From Terriglobales bacterium (lineage in GTDB: Bacteria; Acidobacteriota; Terriglobia; Terriglobales; SCQP01): a stretch of DNA of 63,743 nt. Numbering within the stretch: position 1 is the stretch's first letter; each line of letters starts with the position of its first letter. Shown here piece after piece: positions 10,199-18,899 of the stretch. The stretch is from the NCBI GenBank assembly GCA_025451775.1, contig JANWJU010000108.1, forward strand, positions 1-63,743. The letters are read 5' to 3'. The position numbers and the translations under genes were made by a program. Under the pieces are notes generated by a model that made no database searches, was not told the origin of the DNA, and was given only the letters and a program-made list of their open reading frames with translations.

Positions 10199-10556
10199 AG
10201 GCGGACGGAGGACGGAACACGCGGGAGTGAACGCCGGCGGCTGGCCGCGCGCACAGGATTGGGGCGGCGCCCAAGGCCCGTACCAAGGGAGTGCACTGCG
10301 GAACCCGGGCGAGCGGCATCAAGGGCGTGGATGAGGCCGGCAAGTGCAAGGCAACGCCGCTCACCTTGGCGCAGGACGTTGCACAGTCATTATTTTTGTG
10401 GGTGCCACACATGGCCGGAACGCCGTTGCCAGCACTGGCCGCCGCCGTGCAAGAACCCTGGCCCCAGCAACTGGCCACGCCTCCATTGCTCAGCGCCCAG
10501 CTGAGCAGCGGCAGCAACAGGATCCAAACCACGAATAATTGCCGGCGGGCTCGCAT
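10197..10556 (-). CDS. Cys-rich signal-peptide uORF with C-terminal RPP motif (DUF2946/CruR/CutF-like)
   Basis: Hydrophobic N-terminus, CWGQGSC and CATSC, C-terminus RVFRPPSA; directly upstream of the TonB receptor. Confidence 0.7.
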   Translation of the reverse strand: MRARRQLFVVWILLLPLLSWALSNGGVASCWGQGSCTAAASAGNGVPAMCGTHKNNDCATSCAKVSGVALHLPASSTPLMPLARVPQCTPLVRALGAAPILCARPAAGVHSRVFRPPSA

Positions 10557-10662
10557 TGATTCGACGATCCAATGAGATGTCCGAATCGATGACTCGGATT
10601 CAATTTCCAGATTAGCATCCCGTAAATTCTGCGGGCCGCCGGTGGATCACGCGATCATCCAG

Positions 10663-12090
10663 TTACCTATAAGAGCCGCCGGCCGCCGCCACGGCTGCCG
10701 GGCGCCGAGCAGAAAGGAACCAATACAGCAGCGGCCCGGTGGCCAGCAGCGCGACTGCCGTACCCGCGAACCGGGGCTGCTGCTTGATGGCCAGGGCCAA
10801 CATCGCCACCGCCAGCCCCATGGGCGCGCAGCACACCGGAAGCAGTTTCCATCCGGAGAGTGGAATGCGGAACGGCGGTGGCTCGCCATGTTGCGCCGCG
10901 GCTTTGGCGTTCGCCCCCACTGCTGCCGTCGCCGCCGCTGGCCGCCGGCGCAGAATCCACAGCGCCACGAACTCCAGCGACAATCCGGCAATGTCAAACA
11001 GCACGTCCAGCGCCAGCAGGTTGGTGAACGACACCCAAACAAAGAGGCTGTACAGCACCGTGCACACCAGCACCGCCTGCCACGCCGCCCCGTGCCGGTT
11101 CCGCCCCAGCAGCCAGCGCGGCAGGAAACCATCCTGCGCCAGGCTCATCGGCAGCGGCACCACGTAGAGCAGTTGGCCGGTGTACTGCGCCCACGCGCTC
11201 AGGATGGCGGTCAGCGTCATGGTCAGCGCCACCGCCGGCGCCAAGCGCGTTCCCAGCGCCAGCGCTCCCAGACGGACGAAGTACCCATTGCTCCAGTGCG
11301 CCGCCACTGGATCAAGATGCAACCCCGCTGCCACCGGCAGCACGTACCCCAGCGTGATCAGCACCAGCCCCCAAAACAGCGCCCGGGGGTAGGTATGATG
11401 CGGCCGATGCACGTCGGGCGCGAAGGTGGCCACGTTATCCCAGCCGGCGTAGTTCCACATCACCGTGCTCAGCGCCACCGCCCAGCCTGCCCAGCCCAGG
11501 GGTTGGCCGGACGCATGCCCTAATGCCGCCGCCGGGACAGCGTACGCCGGCGCCCGCCACCACGCCGCCAGCACCAGCGCCACGAACGGCGCCATCACCG
11601 CCACCGAACTCACCATGGCGTAGCGGGAGATGAAGCGCGCCCCGCGCAGGTTCAGGATCGCCGCCAGCCAGATGAAGCTCAGCACAAACGCCATCGTGGC
11701 CGCGTTCGAAAGGGCATGGCCGGTGAACATGGGCCACCCCTGCCGCATGATGGCGCCGCACAGCACCGGATACAGCGGCATGTCCACCCAAGTGAACAAC
11801 CATCCCCACCAGCCCTCTTGAAAGCCCCAGAAATCGCCGGCCGCGAGGCGCACCCACTGGTAGTAGCCGCCCAGCAGCGGCAACGCCGAGGCCAGCTCCG
11901 CCGCCATCAGCGCGATCGGCAACGACCACAGCACCGGCACCACGAGCAAGAGCGCCAGCGTCGCCCGTCCGCCGATCGAGGCCACCATCGGCTCCAGCCC
12001 GTAGGGCCCGCCGCTGACGGTGAGAAAGATCAGCGCCAGCAGCCCCAGGGTGCCAATCGGCGCGCGCCGCTTCGCTTTCTCCGCCTGCAT
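10663..12090 (-). CDS. APC family amino acid/polyamine permease
   Basis: VSGGPYGLE, AELASALP..GGYYQWV and WNYAGWDN motifs; about 12 TM segments. Confidence 0.92.
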   Translation of the reverse strand: MQAEKAKRRAPIGTLGLLALIFLTVSGGPYGLEPMVASIGGRATLALLLVVPVLWSLPIALMAAELASALPLLGGYYQWVRLAAGDFWGFQEGWWGWLFTWVDMPLYPVLCGAIMRQGWPMFTGHALSNAATMAFVLSFIWLAAILNLRGARFISRYAMVSSVAVMAPFVALVLAAWWRAPAYAVPAAALGHASGQPLGWAGWAVALSTVMWNYAGWDNVATFAPDVHRPHHTYPRALFWGLVLITLGYVLPVAAGLHLDPVAAHWSNGYFVRLGALALGTRLAPAVALTMTLTAILSAWAQYTGQLLYVVPLPMSLAQDGFLPRWLLGRNRHGAAWQAVLVCTVLYSLFVWVSFTNLLALDVLFDIAGLSLEFVALWILRRRPAAATAAVGANAKAAAQHGEPPPFRIPLSGWKLLPVCCAPMGLAVAMLALAIKQQPRFAGTAVALLATGPLLYWFLSARRPAAVAAAGGSYR

Positions 12091-12125
12091 GAGTGCGCCA
12101 ACATAGCACGGTTTGGCGCAGGCAG

Positions 12126-12153
12126 GTGGCTCGCCACTGTTTGCCGGGCCGCT
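12126..12153. repeat. Degenerate partial copy of repeat A (intergenic)
   Basis: GTGGCTCGCCACTGTTTGCCGGGCCGCT versus GTGGCTCGCCACTTTTCGCTGGGTCGCT (24/28). Confidence 0.6.
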
Positions 12154-13007
12154 TAGACGGTCACGGTGACCCGCAAAAAGGCGGCGGGAATGAACGTGCC
12201 CGCCTGGCTCTTGTTATGCGCGTTGGCCAGTTCGACCAACTGCTCGTGGAGGAGCTGCGCCTTCCCGGCTTTCTGCGCCGCTTCCACGGCCACCATGGTG
12301 GGGCCGTAGAAACGTTCGAAGAGATCGATGAAATCCGCCGGGGTCTTCTCGGGATGGGCGAAGTAGTAGGTGTCTTTCACCATCGATATGCGTTCCCGTG
12401 CGACTCCGGCCCGGCCAAAACGCTCGATGATGTGGCTCTCCACCCCCCAGGTCATGGGGCTGACGAACCCTTCCGGCGGAGGCGGGGTGAACGCCGAGCT
12501 CACTTTAAGCAACTCCGAAACAAACGTCGGATCGCCGGGGATCCAGTTGCCCATCACCACGCGGCCGCCGGGTTTGGTAACCCGCACCATCTCCCTCGCC
12601 GCATCGAAGGGCCGGGGCGCAAACATTGCCCCGAACACGGAGAGGCTCAGATCAAAGGTATTGTCCTCGACCCCGAGCAGGTCGCAGGCATCGCCCTCGC
12701 AAAATTTCAGCCGGGTGAGGCCGGCTGCGGCGGCGCGCCGGTTGCCGGCCTCGACCATGCTGGGGGTGAGATCGATGCCGGTGACGTCGGCGCCCAGGCG
12801 GGCCAGCGGCAGCGCCGTGGTGCCATCGCCGCAGCCGAGATCCATCGCCCGCAGCGGCGGCACGATGCCGAGGGATTCAACGAGCGCTTCGCCGGATTGC
12901 CTCATAAACGCGGCGATTTCGGCAAAGTCGCCTTTTTGCCATAGCGCACGGTTGAGGTTAACAGTTGCCGCCGGGCCTGCGCTGGCTGCCATTGCCTTAG
13001 GGTGCAT
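12153..13007 (-). CDS. Class I SAM-dependent methyltransferase
   Basis: DLGCGDG, GDACDL and SVFGAMFAP motifs; GGAG RBS. Confidence 0.92.
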   Translation of the reverse strand: MHPKAMAASAGPAATVNLNRALWQKGDFAEIAAFMRQSGEALVESLGIVPPLRAMDLGCGDGTTALPLARLGADVTGIDLTPSMVEAGNRRAAAAGLTRLKFCEGDACDLLGVEDNTFDLSLSVFGAMFAPRPFDAAREMVRVTKPGGRVVMGNWIPGDPTFVSELLKVSSAFTPPPPEGFVSPMTWGVESHIIERFGRAGVARERISMVKDTYYFAHPEKTPADFIDLFERFYGPTMVAVEAAQKAGKAQLLHEQLVELANAHNKSQAGTFIPAAFLRVTVTV

Positions 13008-13105
13008 GTGGTTCTCCTTCCTCAGGACTAGAATTGTCTAATGCCGCGGCACGCGGGGCCATGCCCGCAGGTCCCGATTACTTGCTCGGACGTCCAGGAG
13101 GACGA

Positions 13106-14083
13106 ATGGACCCATTCTCCGAAATCCTGAGCGGCGTGAAGCTGACCGGAGCGGTGTTCTTCACCGCCGAGTTCTCAGCTCCCTGGGGCGTTGCCACGCC
13201 CGCCTCGCACCCTGGGCCCGGGACCGGTCCCCGAGCACCCCATCTGTTGCTCTACCACATGGTGGTTGAGGGCGAGGCCATGGTTCAAGTCGCCGGCGGA
13301 CCGGCGCTCGAGCTGAACGCCGGCGATATCGTAATCGTCCCCAACGGGCACGCCCACAATATGAGCAGCAAGGGGGCGCCTCGCCCATTCCTGAACTACG
13401 CCATCGTCGAGGCCAAGGTTCAGGCGGGCGACCTGAGTCCGTTGCGGGCCGGCGGCGGCGGCGCCACTTCACGCCTGGTGTGCGGTTACCTGGCGTGCAA
13501 CCCCGACCTCAGCCGCCCTATCCTCGACGCGCTGCCACCCGTATTCAAGGTCAATATCCGCGCGGACGCATCCGGACACTGGCTGGAGAGTTCCATTCTC
13601 CACTTGGTCGAAGTCGCCGGTTCCGGGCACGCCGGCAGCCAAGCCATGCTGGCGAAACTCTCGGAGGCCTTGGTCATCGATGCGCTGCGCCGTTACGTGG
13701 AACAACTGCCAGAACGGAGACGGGGCTGGCTCACCGGCGTTTGCGATCCGGTCGTAGGAAGAAGCTTGAGCTTGTTGCACAGCCGCGTTGCCCAGCCCTG
13801 GACGGTCGCCACACTCGCTGCCGAGGTCGGCATCTCGCGCTCGGCGCTGGTGGAGCGCTTCTCCCGCCATCTCGCCGAGCCCCCCATGACGTACCTCACG
13901 CGATGGCGGCTGCAGTTGGCGGCGCGCTCGTTAGCCGGAACTTCATGCGGCGTGGCCGAGATCGCCGCCCAGGTCGGATACGAATCCGAGGCCGCCTTCA
14001 ACCGCGCCTTCAAGCGGGAATTTGGCGAGCCTCCCGGCCGTTACCGCACCCAGCAGCGCGCTCCCCTGCCAAAATCGGTGTAG
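13106..14083 (+). CDS. AraC family regulator with N-terminal cupin domain
   Basis: MDPFSEIL start with GGAGG RBS; C-terminal VGYESEAAFNRAFKR; divergent from the methyltransferase. Confidence 0.93.
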   Translation: MDPFSEILSGVKLTGAVFFTAEFSAPWGVATPASHPGPGTGPRAPHLLLYHMVVEGEAMVQVAGGPALELNAGDIVIVPNGHAHNMSSKGAPRPFLNYAIVEAKVQAGDLSPLRAGGGGATSRLVCGYLACNPDLSRPILDALPPVFKVNIRADASGHWLESSILHLVEVAGSGHAGSQAMLAKLSEALVIDALRRYVEQLPERRRGWLTGVCDPVVGRSLSLLHSRVAQPWTVATLAAEVGISRSALVERFSRHLAEPPMTYLTRWRLQLAARSLAGTSCGVAEIAAQVGYESEAAFNRAFKREFGEPPGRYRTQQRAPLPKSV

Positions 14084-14176
14084 GTGGCGCGGGGGAATCG
14101 CTTGACATTGCGCTGAATCGCGCCAGACTTGAGGCAGCGGATTTGGTCCCAGGGAATATCCATCGGGTGAGCTTTC

Positions 14177-15058
14177 GTGGCTGCGAAATGGGCAGTTGCC
14201 ATGCTGTTGCTGGCCGCCGCCGGGGGCGTGCAGAGCCAGTCCCGCGTCCGCATCGTGCGCGTCAGCTTTCTTACGCCTAACACCATCCTGAGCCCGCCCG
14301 TGCAAGCCGGCGCCCGCCGTTGGACGCAGGTCATGCTCAACGAGCCCATCGTGGCCGGAGATTGGTTGCGCACCGGGCCGGGCGGCGCCCTGGAAATTCA
14401 GCTGGACTGCGGTTCGGCGCTGCGGCTGGCGCAAAATTCCGCCATGCAGGTGCAAGTTCTGAGCTTGGGAGCGAAGGGCTTGCCCGTCACCAGGGTGGCG
14501 GTCGAGCAGGGCCGCGCATTCTTCAGCATGCGCCGCGCCGACAGCGCCGATTTCCGCATCGTTCTTCCCCGCGGCACGGTGGATGAGAGCCACGGCAACG
14601 CCCGCTTCCAGATCATCGTCGCCGCCCAGCCACCCTCCGCCACCGTGAGCGTCAGCAACGGCAGAATCGGAGTCGAAGTGAACGGCACTACCTACCCGCT
14701 GAAAAACTCCGAGCGCTTGGCCTGGAATTCTGCCGGCGCTCCGCAGCGCTCCAAAGCGGTGAAGGCCAAAGACCCCTACGCCAAATGGAGCCAGGATAGG
14801 GATAATGCGTTTGATCGTTCACTGCTACTGGATGAGGGGTCACAATTCGCCGGCGCCGAAGTGGCCGCGCCGCCGGGTTCCACCATGGCCACAACCGGCA
14901 CGCCGCAGCCGGAGTGGAATGCTCGGGGCTTTCCCCCGCCGCCGCAAGGCTATTTTGTGAATCAGGAGGGCAAATGGGCGACCATCAGCGACCTCCCCAC
15001 CTCGCCCGAAGCCGCCGGCACGGGCGGAATCGAGGTTCCGGCCTGCGCCCACAACTGA
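14177..15058 (+). CDS. Secreted FecR-domain protein
   Basis: Signal peptide; NEPIVAGDWLRTG...EIQLDCGSALRLAQNS FecR pattern; TTGACA at 14102 upstream. Confidence 0.75.
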   Translation: MAAKWAVAMLLLAAAGGVQSQSRVRIVRVSFLTPNTILSPPVQAGARRWTQVMLNEPIVAGDWLRTGPGGALEIQLDCGSALRLAQNSAMQVQVLSLGAKGLPVTRVAVEQGRAFFSMRRADSADFRIVLPRGTVDESHGNARFQIIVAAQPPSATVSVSNGRIGVEVNGTTYPLKNSERLAWNSAGAPQRSKAVKAKDPYAKWSQDRDNAFDRSLLLDEGSQFAGAEVAAPPGSTMATTGTPQPEWNARGFPPPPQGYFVNQEGKWATISDLPTSPEAAGTGGIEVPACAHN

Positions 15059-15075
15059 GCCTCGCGGCCCCCGCT

Positions 15076-17484
15076 CTATTCATACCGGATTGCCTTCGCC
15101 GGATCGAGTGCCGCCGCACGGCGCGCCGGCAGGTAACACGCGAACAACCCAACCCCGATCAGCAGCACACTCACGGTGAGGAATAGCACCGGATCGGAGG
15201 CTGAAACGCCCAGCGGCAGCGAGGCCATGACGCGCGCGGCCGGGTACGCCGCCGCCAGCCCGATGAGGAGCCCCAAGAGCAGTTGTTTCATGCCGCGCGC
15301 CATCACCAGGCGCGCAATATGTCCGGGGCTGGCCCCCAGTGCCATGCGCACACCGATCTCCCGCGTCCGATTGACCGTGGCCTGGGCCATCACCGCGTAA
15401 ATGCCGATGGACGCGATGAAGAGCCCGGTGAGCGCGAACAGCCCAAAAAGCCCGCCGAACACCCGCAAATACCATCGGTTGTGATGGATCATCTCCGCCA
15501 GGGTATCGGTGTTGGTGACCGGCAGATCCGGATCAAGCTTCTGCACCGCGGCCCGTAAGGGCAACGCGAGCGCCGCCGCATGGCCCGAGGTGCGCGACAG
15601 AACCACCATGACGCTATCCCAACCCTCCTGCCGATAGGGAACAAAAAACAGTGGCTGCTGGGTCGCACTCTGGGGCTGCTGCACCATGTCCCCCGACACG
15701 CCAATCACCGTCAGCCAGGGGGAGTATTTATTGTCGTCATACACCCGGAAGCGTTTGCCCAGCACAGCCTGCCCAGCCCAGAAATGCGCGGCGAAGGCCC
15801 GTGTCACAATCGCCGCCTCGCGGCCCGGAGCGCCGTCGCTGGCGTTGAAGTCGCGGCCGCGCAGCAACGCCAGCCTGATCGCGTCGAAATAGCCTGGCGA
15901 TTGAGCCATCATCGCCGCCGTTGGGCCTTTTTGCGGATCGCTGACGGGCTCACCTTCGATTTCGATGGGGTCGGTGCCCACGCCGCCCAAGCCGGGCAGG
16001 CTCGACGCAATCACCGCCTGGCTGACGCCCGGAATGGCACCCAACGGCGGCAGCAGTTGATCGAAAAAGCGGACGCGCGCAGCGGCGTTCGGATAACGCT
16101 GGCTCGGCAGCGCGATGCCTCCAGTCAACAGTTGGCCACTCGGCACAAAGGGATTGACCGTCTGCGCGGCCAGAAACGCGCGCACGAATATCCCGGCGCC
16201 GGTGAGCAGCACGAGCGTGAGCGCAAACTGAAACACAATGAACAGGCCCGAGAGCCAGCCGCCGCGGCGCGTACCCGCGCCACGCGTTCCCTCCTTGAGA
16301 ATCGTGCTCAAATCCGCGCGCGAGGCGCGCAGCGCCGGCGCCAGGCCCGCCATCAACCCGGCGAGCACGCACAGCACGGCAAAGTAGCCGAACACCGTGG
16401 GGTCGATCGTGAAAATGATCCAGGTGGGTTTGCCCACGTTCTGCGTGGCCATGTCGAACCAATGCACGCCGTAGGCCGCCAAGCCCAGCCCCAGCCCACC
16501 CCCCAGCACGCTCAGCATCAAACTCTCGATCAGCACTTGCCGCATCACGCGCCAACGCGAGGCGCCCAGCGCTACCCGGATCGACAGTTCCTGCTGCCGC
16601 ATCAGGACGCGGCTGAGCATCATGTTGGCCACATTGGCGCAGACGATCAGCAGAACCAGGCCCACCGCCACCAGCATCGACAGGAACATGGTGTCGATCT
16701 GGGGGCCGTTGTAAAAGGCGTTGAACGTCATCGCCGCGGCGCTCACGCCCTTGTCCGCTTCGGGATAGGCGGCGGCGAGCCGGTGCGATATCCCCTGCAG
16801 CTCGACGTTGGCGCGTTGCATCGAGATGCCCGGCTTCAAAATGCCGAAAATATCGACCGAACGATTCGAGCGCTTTCGCAGGTCCGCGCCTGGAACCAGC
16901 GGCATCCAGACGTCCACGCCGCTGGGAAAGCTGAACCCCTCCGGCATCACTCCCACCACGGTGGCCGGAGTGCCGTTCACCCCTACCACGCGGCCCACAA
17001 TGTTGGCTGCGCCCCCGTAGCGCTGCTTCCACAGGCCATGGCTCAGCACGACCACGGGCGCCGCGCCCGTCTCGGCGTCGCTCGCCAGAAGCCCGCGCCC
17101 CAGGATCGGGTGCGCGTGAATCATGGCGAACGTTCCGCTCGAAACCTGTTCCAGGCTGTAGCGTTGCGGCGGGATATCGGGTTCGCTGATCACCGCGTTC
17201 ATTCCGCGTCCCGCTTCCAAAGCCGTAAAGAGCGTGCTCTGGCTGCGGTAATCGAGAAAATCCGGGTAGGACGCCGGCAGGCGATCCACCCGCTGGTTCC
17301 GCTCAGCCACAATGACCAGCCGCGATCCCTGTGGCACCGGCGGGGCTTTGTACATGACCGCGTACACCAGCGTGAAGATCATGGTGTTCAGGCCGATGCC
17401 CAACCCCAACGCGGCGGTGATCGCCAGCGCATGCCAGGGCTGCGAAACAATCGCGCGCAGCGCGGACCGCAGGTCGTGCCCCAT
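15076..17484 (-). CDS. MacB/FtsX duplicated ABC permease (ADOP family)
   Basis: ALGLGIGLNTMIF, LLIVCANVANMML, RTREIGVRMALGA and PARRAAALDPAKAIRYE motifs; GGAGG RBS before ATG 17484. Confidence 0.93.
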   Translation of the reverse strand: MGHDLRSALRAIVSQPWHALAITAALGLGIGLNTMIFTLVYAVMYKAPPVPQGSRLVIVAERNQRVDRLPASYPDFLDYRSQSTLFTALEAGRGMNAVISEPDIPPQRYSLEQVSSGTFAMIHAHPILGRGLLASDAETGAAPVVVLSHGLWKQRYGGAANIVGRVVGVNGTPATVVGVMPEGFSFPSGVDVWMPLVPGADLRKRSNRSVDIFGILKPGISMQRANVELQGISHRLAAAYPEADKGVSAAAMTFNAFYNGPQIDTMFLSMLVAVGLVLLIVCANVANMMLSRVLMRQQELSIRVALGASRWRVMRQVLIESLMLSVLGGGLGLGLAAYGVHWFDMATQNVGKPTWIIFTIDPTVFGYFAVLCVLAGLMAGLAPALRASRADLSTILKEGTRGAGTRRGGWLSGLFIVFQFALTLVLLTGAGIFVRAFLAAQTVNPFVPSGQLLTGGIALPSQRYPNAAARVRFFDQLLPPLGAIPGVSQAVIASSLPGLGGVGTDPIEIEGEPVSDPQKGPTAAMMAQSPGYFDAIRLALLRGRDFNASDGAPGREAAIVTRAFAAHFWAGQAVLGKRFRVYDDNKYSPWLTVIGVSGDMVQQPQSATQQPLFFVPYRQEGWDSVMVVLSRTSGHAAALALPLRAAVQKLDPDLPVTNTDTLAEMIHHNRWYLRVFGGLFGLFALTGLFIASIGIYAVMAQATVNRTREIGVRMALGASPGHIARLVMARGMKQLLLGLLIGLAAAYPAARVMASLPLGVSASDPVLFLTVSVLLIGVGLFACYLPARRAAALDPAKAIRYE

Positions 17485-17638
17485 GCCTCCCCTTACGGGC
17501 GAACGTCGCCAGAAGTTCGGGACGTTTTGGCTTTTTTCGGGCGATGGGAAGACCCGCCGCCGAGAAAATATCGGGCAACGATCGACTTGAGAACTCCAGG
17601 CAAAAACGGCGAGCGGGAATGGCCAGGAAACGCCGGGA

Positions 17639-17785
17639 TTAGCGGGAAGGTTTGCGGCGCGTAGGCTTGGTGGAGGCCTTGGCCTTGGCGGGAACGCGGG
17701 GTGCGCGGAGGGCGGCGCGAACTGTGGCTTCGAAGCGCCGGCACGGCGTCTTGCCAAGCGTTTCCGGCACCGCGAACGTCTTCAT
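17639..17785 (-). CDS. Small basic hypothetical protein (48 aa)
   Basis: MKTFAVPETLGKTPCRRFEATVRAALRAP with a Lys/Arg-rich tail; coding status uncertain. Confidence 0.35.
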   Translation of the reverse strand: MKTFAVPETLGKTPCRRFEATVRAALRAPRVPAKAKASTKPTRRKPSR

Positions 17786-18033
17786 GCGAATTAAACCGCT
17801 GTAGAATGCGAAAGGCCACGTCTGGCAACGTGGCCCGGCATTCGTGGCAACGCTGCGTGGTGTTTCATCCACAATGAGAGCGCCCCTTTGGCTCTGCCAT
17901 TCATCACCACCTTTTACTGGAACACCGCAGCAAACGGCGTTCTCTTCATGTACCGGCCACCAGTGATGGCGCATAGGCTGCCGCGCCACGCCCCAACAGA
18001 ATCAATCCCCTACCGCCAAAAGCCCTCCAAGTG

Positions 18034-18069
18034 TTACGCTTGACGTAATGCATAATGACCGCTATCATT
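18034..18069 (+). promoter_or_regulatory. higBA promoter with overlapping inverted-repeat operators
   Basis: TTGACG(18040)-N17-TATCAT(18063); palindromes TTACG-N5-CGTAA and AATGA-N6-TCATT. Confidence 0.7.
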
Positions 18070-18073
18070 GACA

Positions 18074-18358
18074 ATGATCCTCGGCTACCGGGACAAGCGG
18101 ACCAGGGATTTCGCGACTGGACAGCGCATCAAGGCGTTTTCGGGACTTGAACGAGCTGCGCGCTTGAAGCTGGACCGGCTGGAGGCGGCTACGGGCCTGA
18201 AGGATCTTGCCGCGTTGCCCGGCAATCGTTTTGAGGCGCTGGCCGGAGATCGCAAAGGTCAATCCAGCATCCGCATCAATGATCAATGGCGAATTTGTTT
18301 TGAATGGTCGGAGCAGGCGTTCGGACCCGAAAACGTGGAGATCGTTGATTACCATTGA
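18074..18358 (+). CDS. higB: HigB toxin (RelE/ParE superfamily, plasmid-maintenance killer type)
   Basis: LPGNRFEALAGDRKGQSSIRINDQWRICFEW...VEIVDYH. Confidence 0.93.
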   Translation: MILGYRDKRTRDFATGQRIKAFSGLERAARLKLDRLEAATGLKDLAALPGNRFEALAGDRKGQSSIRINDQWRICFEWSEQAFGPENVEIVDYH

Positions 18359-18375
18359 GAGGAGGAGAACCAGAA

Positions 18376-18678
18376 ATGGCGGTGTTGCTCATACATCCAG
18401 GGGAGCACTTGGCCCAGGAACTCCAGGAACTCGGCATGAGCGCGGCAGAGCTTGCACGGAAGCTTGACGTTCCGACGAACCGCGTCACGGGCATTTTGAA
18501 TGGCCAACGGGCCATCACCGGCGATACGGCGCTGCGCCTGGCGCATTTCTTTGGCACGAGCCCGGAGTTTTGGCTCAACCTCCAGAGCCTTTATGCAATT
18601 CGGGTCGCCCAGAAAAAAGCTGGCAGATCGATCCGGGTGCTCCCGACCCTGAAGCGGCCGGAGCACGCGCACATCTAA
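18376..18678 (+). CDS. higA: HigA antitoxin (HTH-XRE)
   Basis: IHPGEHL, RAITGDTALRLAHFFGTSPEFWLNLQ; GGAGG RBS. Confidence 0.94.
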   Translation: MAVLLIHPGEHLAQELQELGMSAAELARKLDVPTNRVTGILNGQRAITGDTALRLAHFFGTSPEFWLNLQSLYAIRVAQKKAGRSIRVLPTLKRPEHAHI

Positions 18679-18708
18679 GAATCGCTCATGGGGTCCGGCC
18701 CGTCCCCC

Positions 18709-18727
18709 GTTGTTGGCGTAGAGCCGA
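18709..18727 (-). repeat. tRNA 3'-trailer motif copy 1 (TCGGCTCTACGCCAACAAC)
   Basis: 17/19 identical to 48964-48982; 5 nt after the tRNA-Arg CCA. Confidence 0.6.
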
Positions 18728-18732
18728 AAGAG

Positions 18733-18809
18733 TGGTGCGCCCTGAGAGATTCGAACTCCCGGCCTTCTGGTTCGTAGCCAGACGCTCTATCCAGCTGAGC
18801 TAAGGGCGC
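18733..18809 (-). tRNA. tRNA-Arg (ACG)
   Basis: GCGCCCTTAGCTCAGCTGGATAGAGCGTCTGGCT-ACG-AACCAGAAGGCCGGGAGTTCGAATCTCTCAGGGCGCACCA. Confidence 0.97.
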
Positions 18810-18870
18810 GGTTGGGGAAAGGAACTGCCGGTACGCCGGCCCGCGCATCCCCTGCGGTATCGGCTAATTA

Positions 18871-18899
18871 AGACTACGGTCTCAGACCCAAGGTGTCAA
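18871..18899 (-). promoter_or_regulatory. Sigma70 promoter of tRNA-Arg
   Basis: TTGACA-N17-TAGTCT; the -35 element overlaps the smc stop codon. Confidence 0.7.

Noticed and set aside
6890-18732. Prophage or integrative element at tRNA-Arg
   Set aside because: No integrase, phage genes or duplicated tRNA 3' end found
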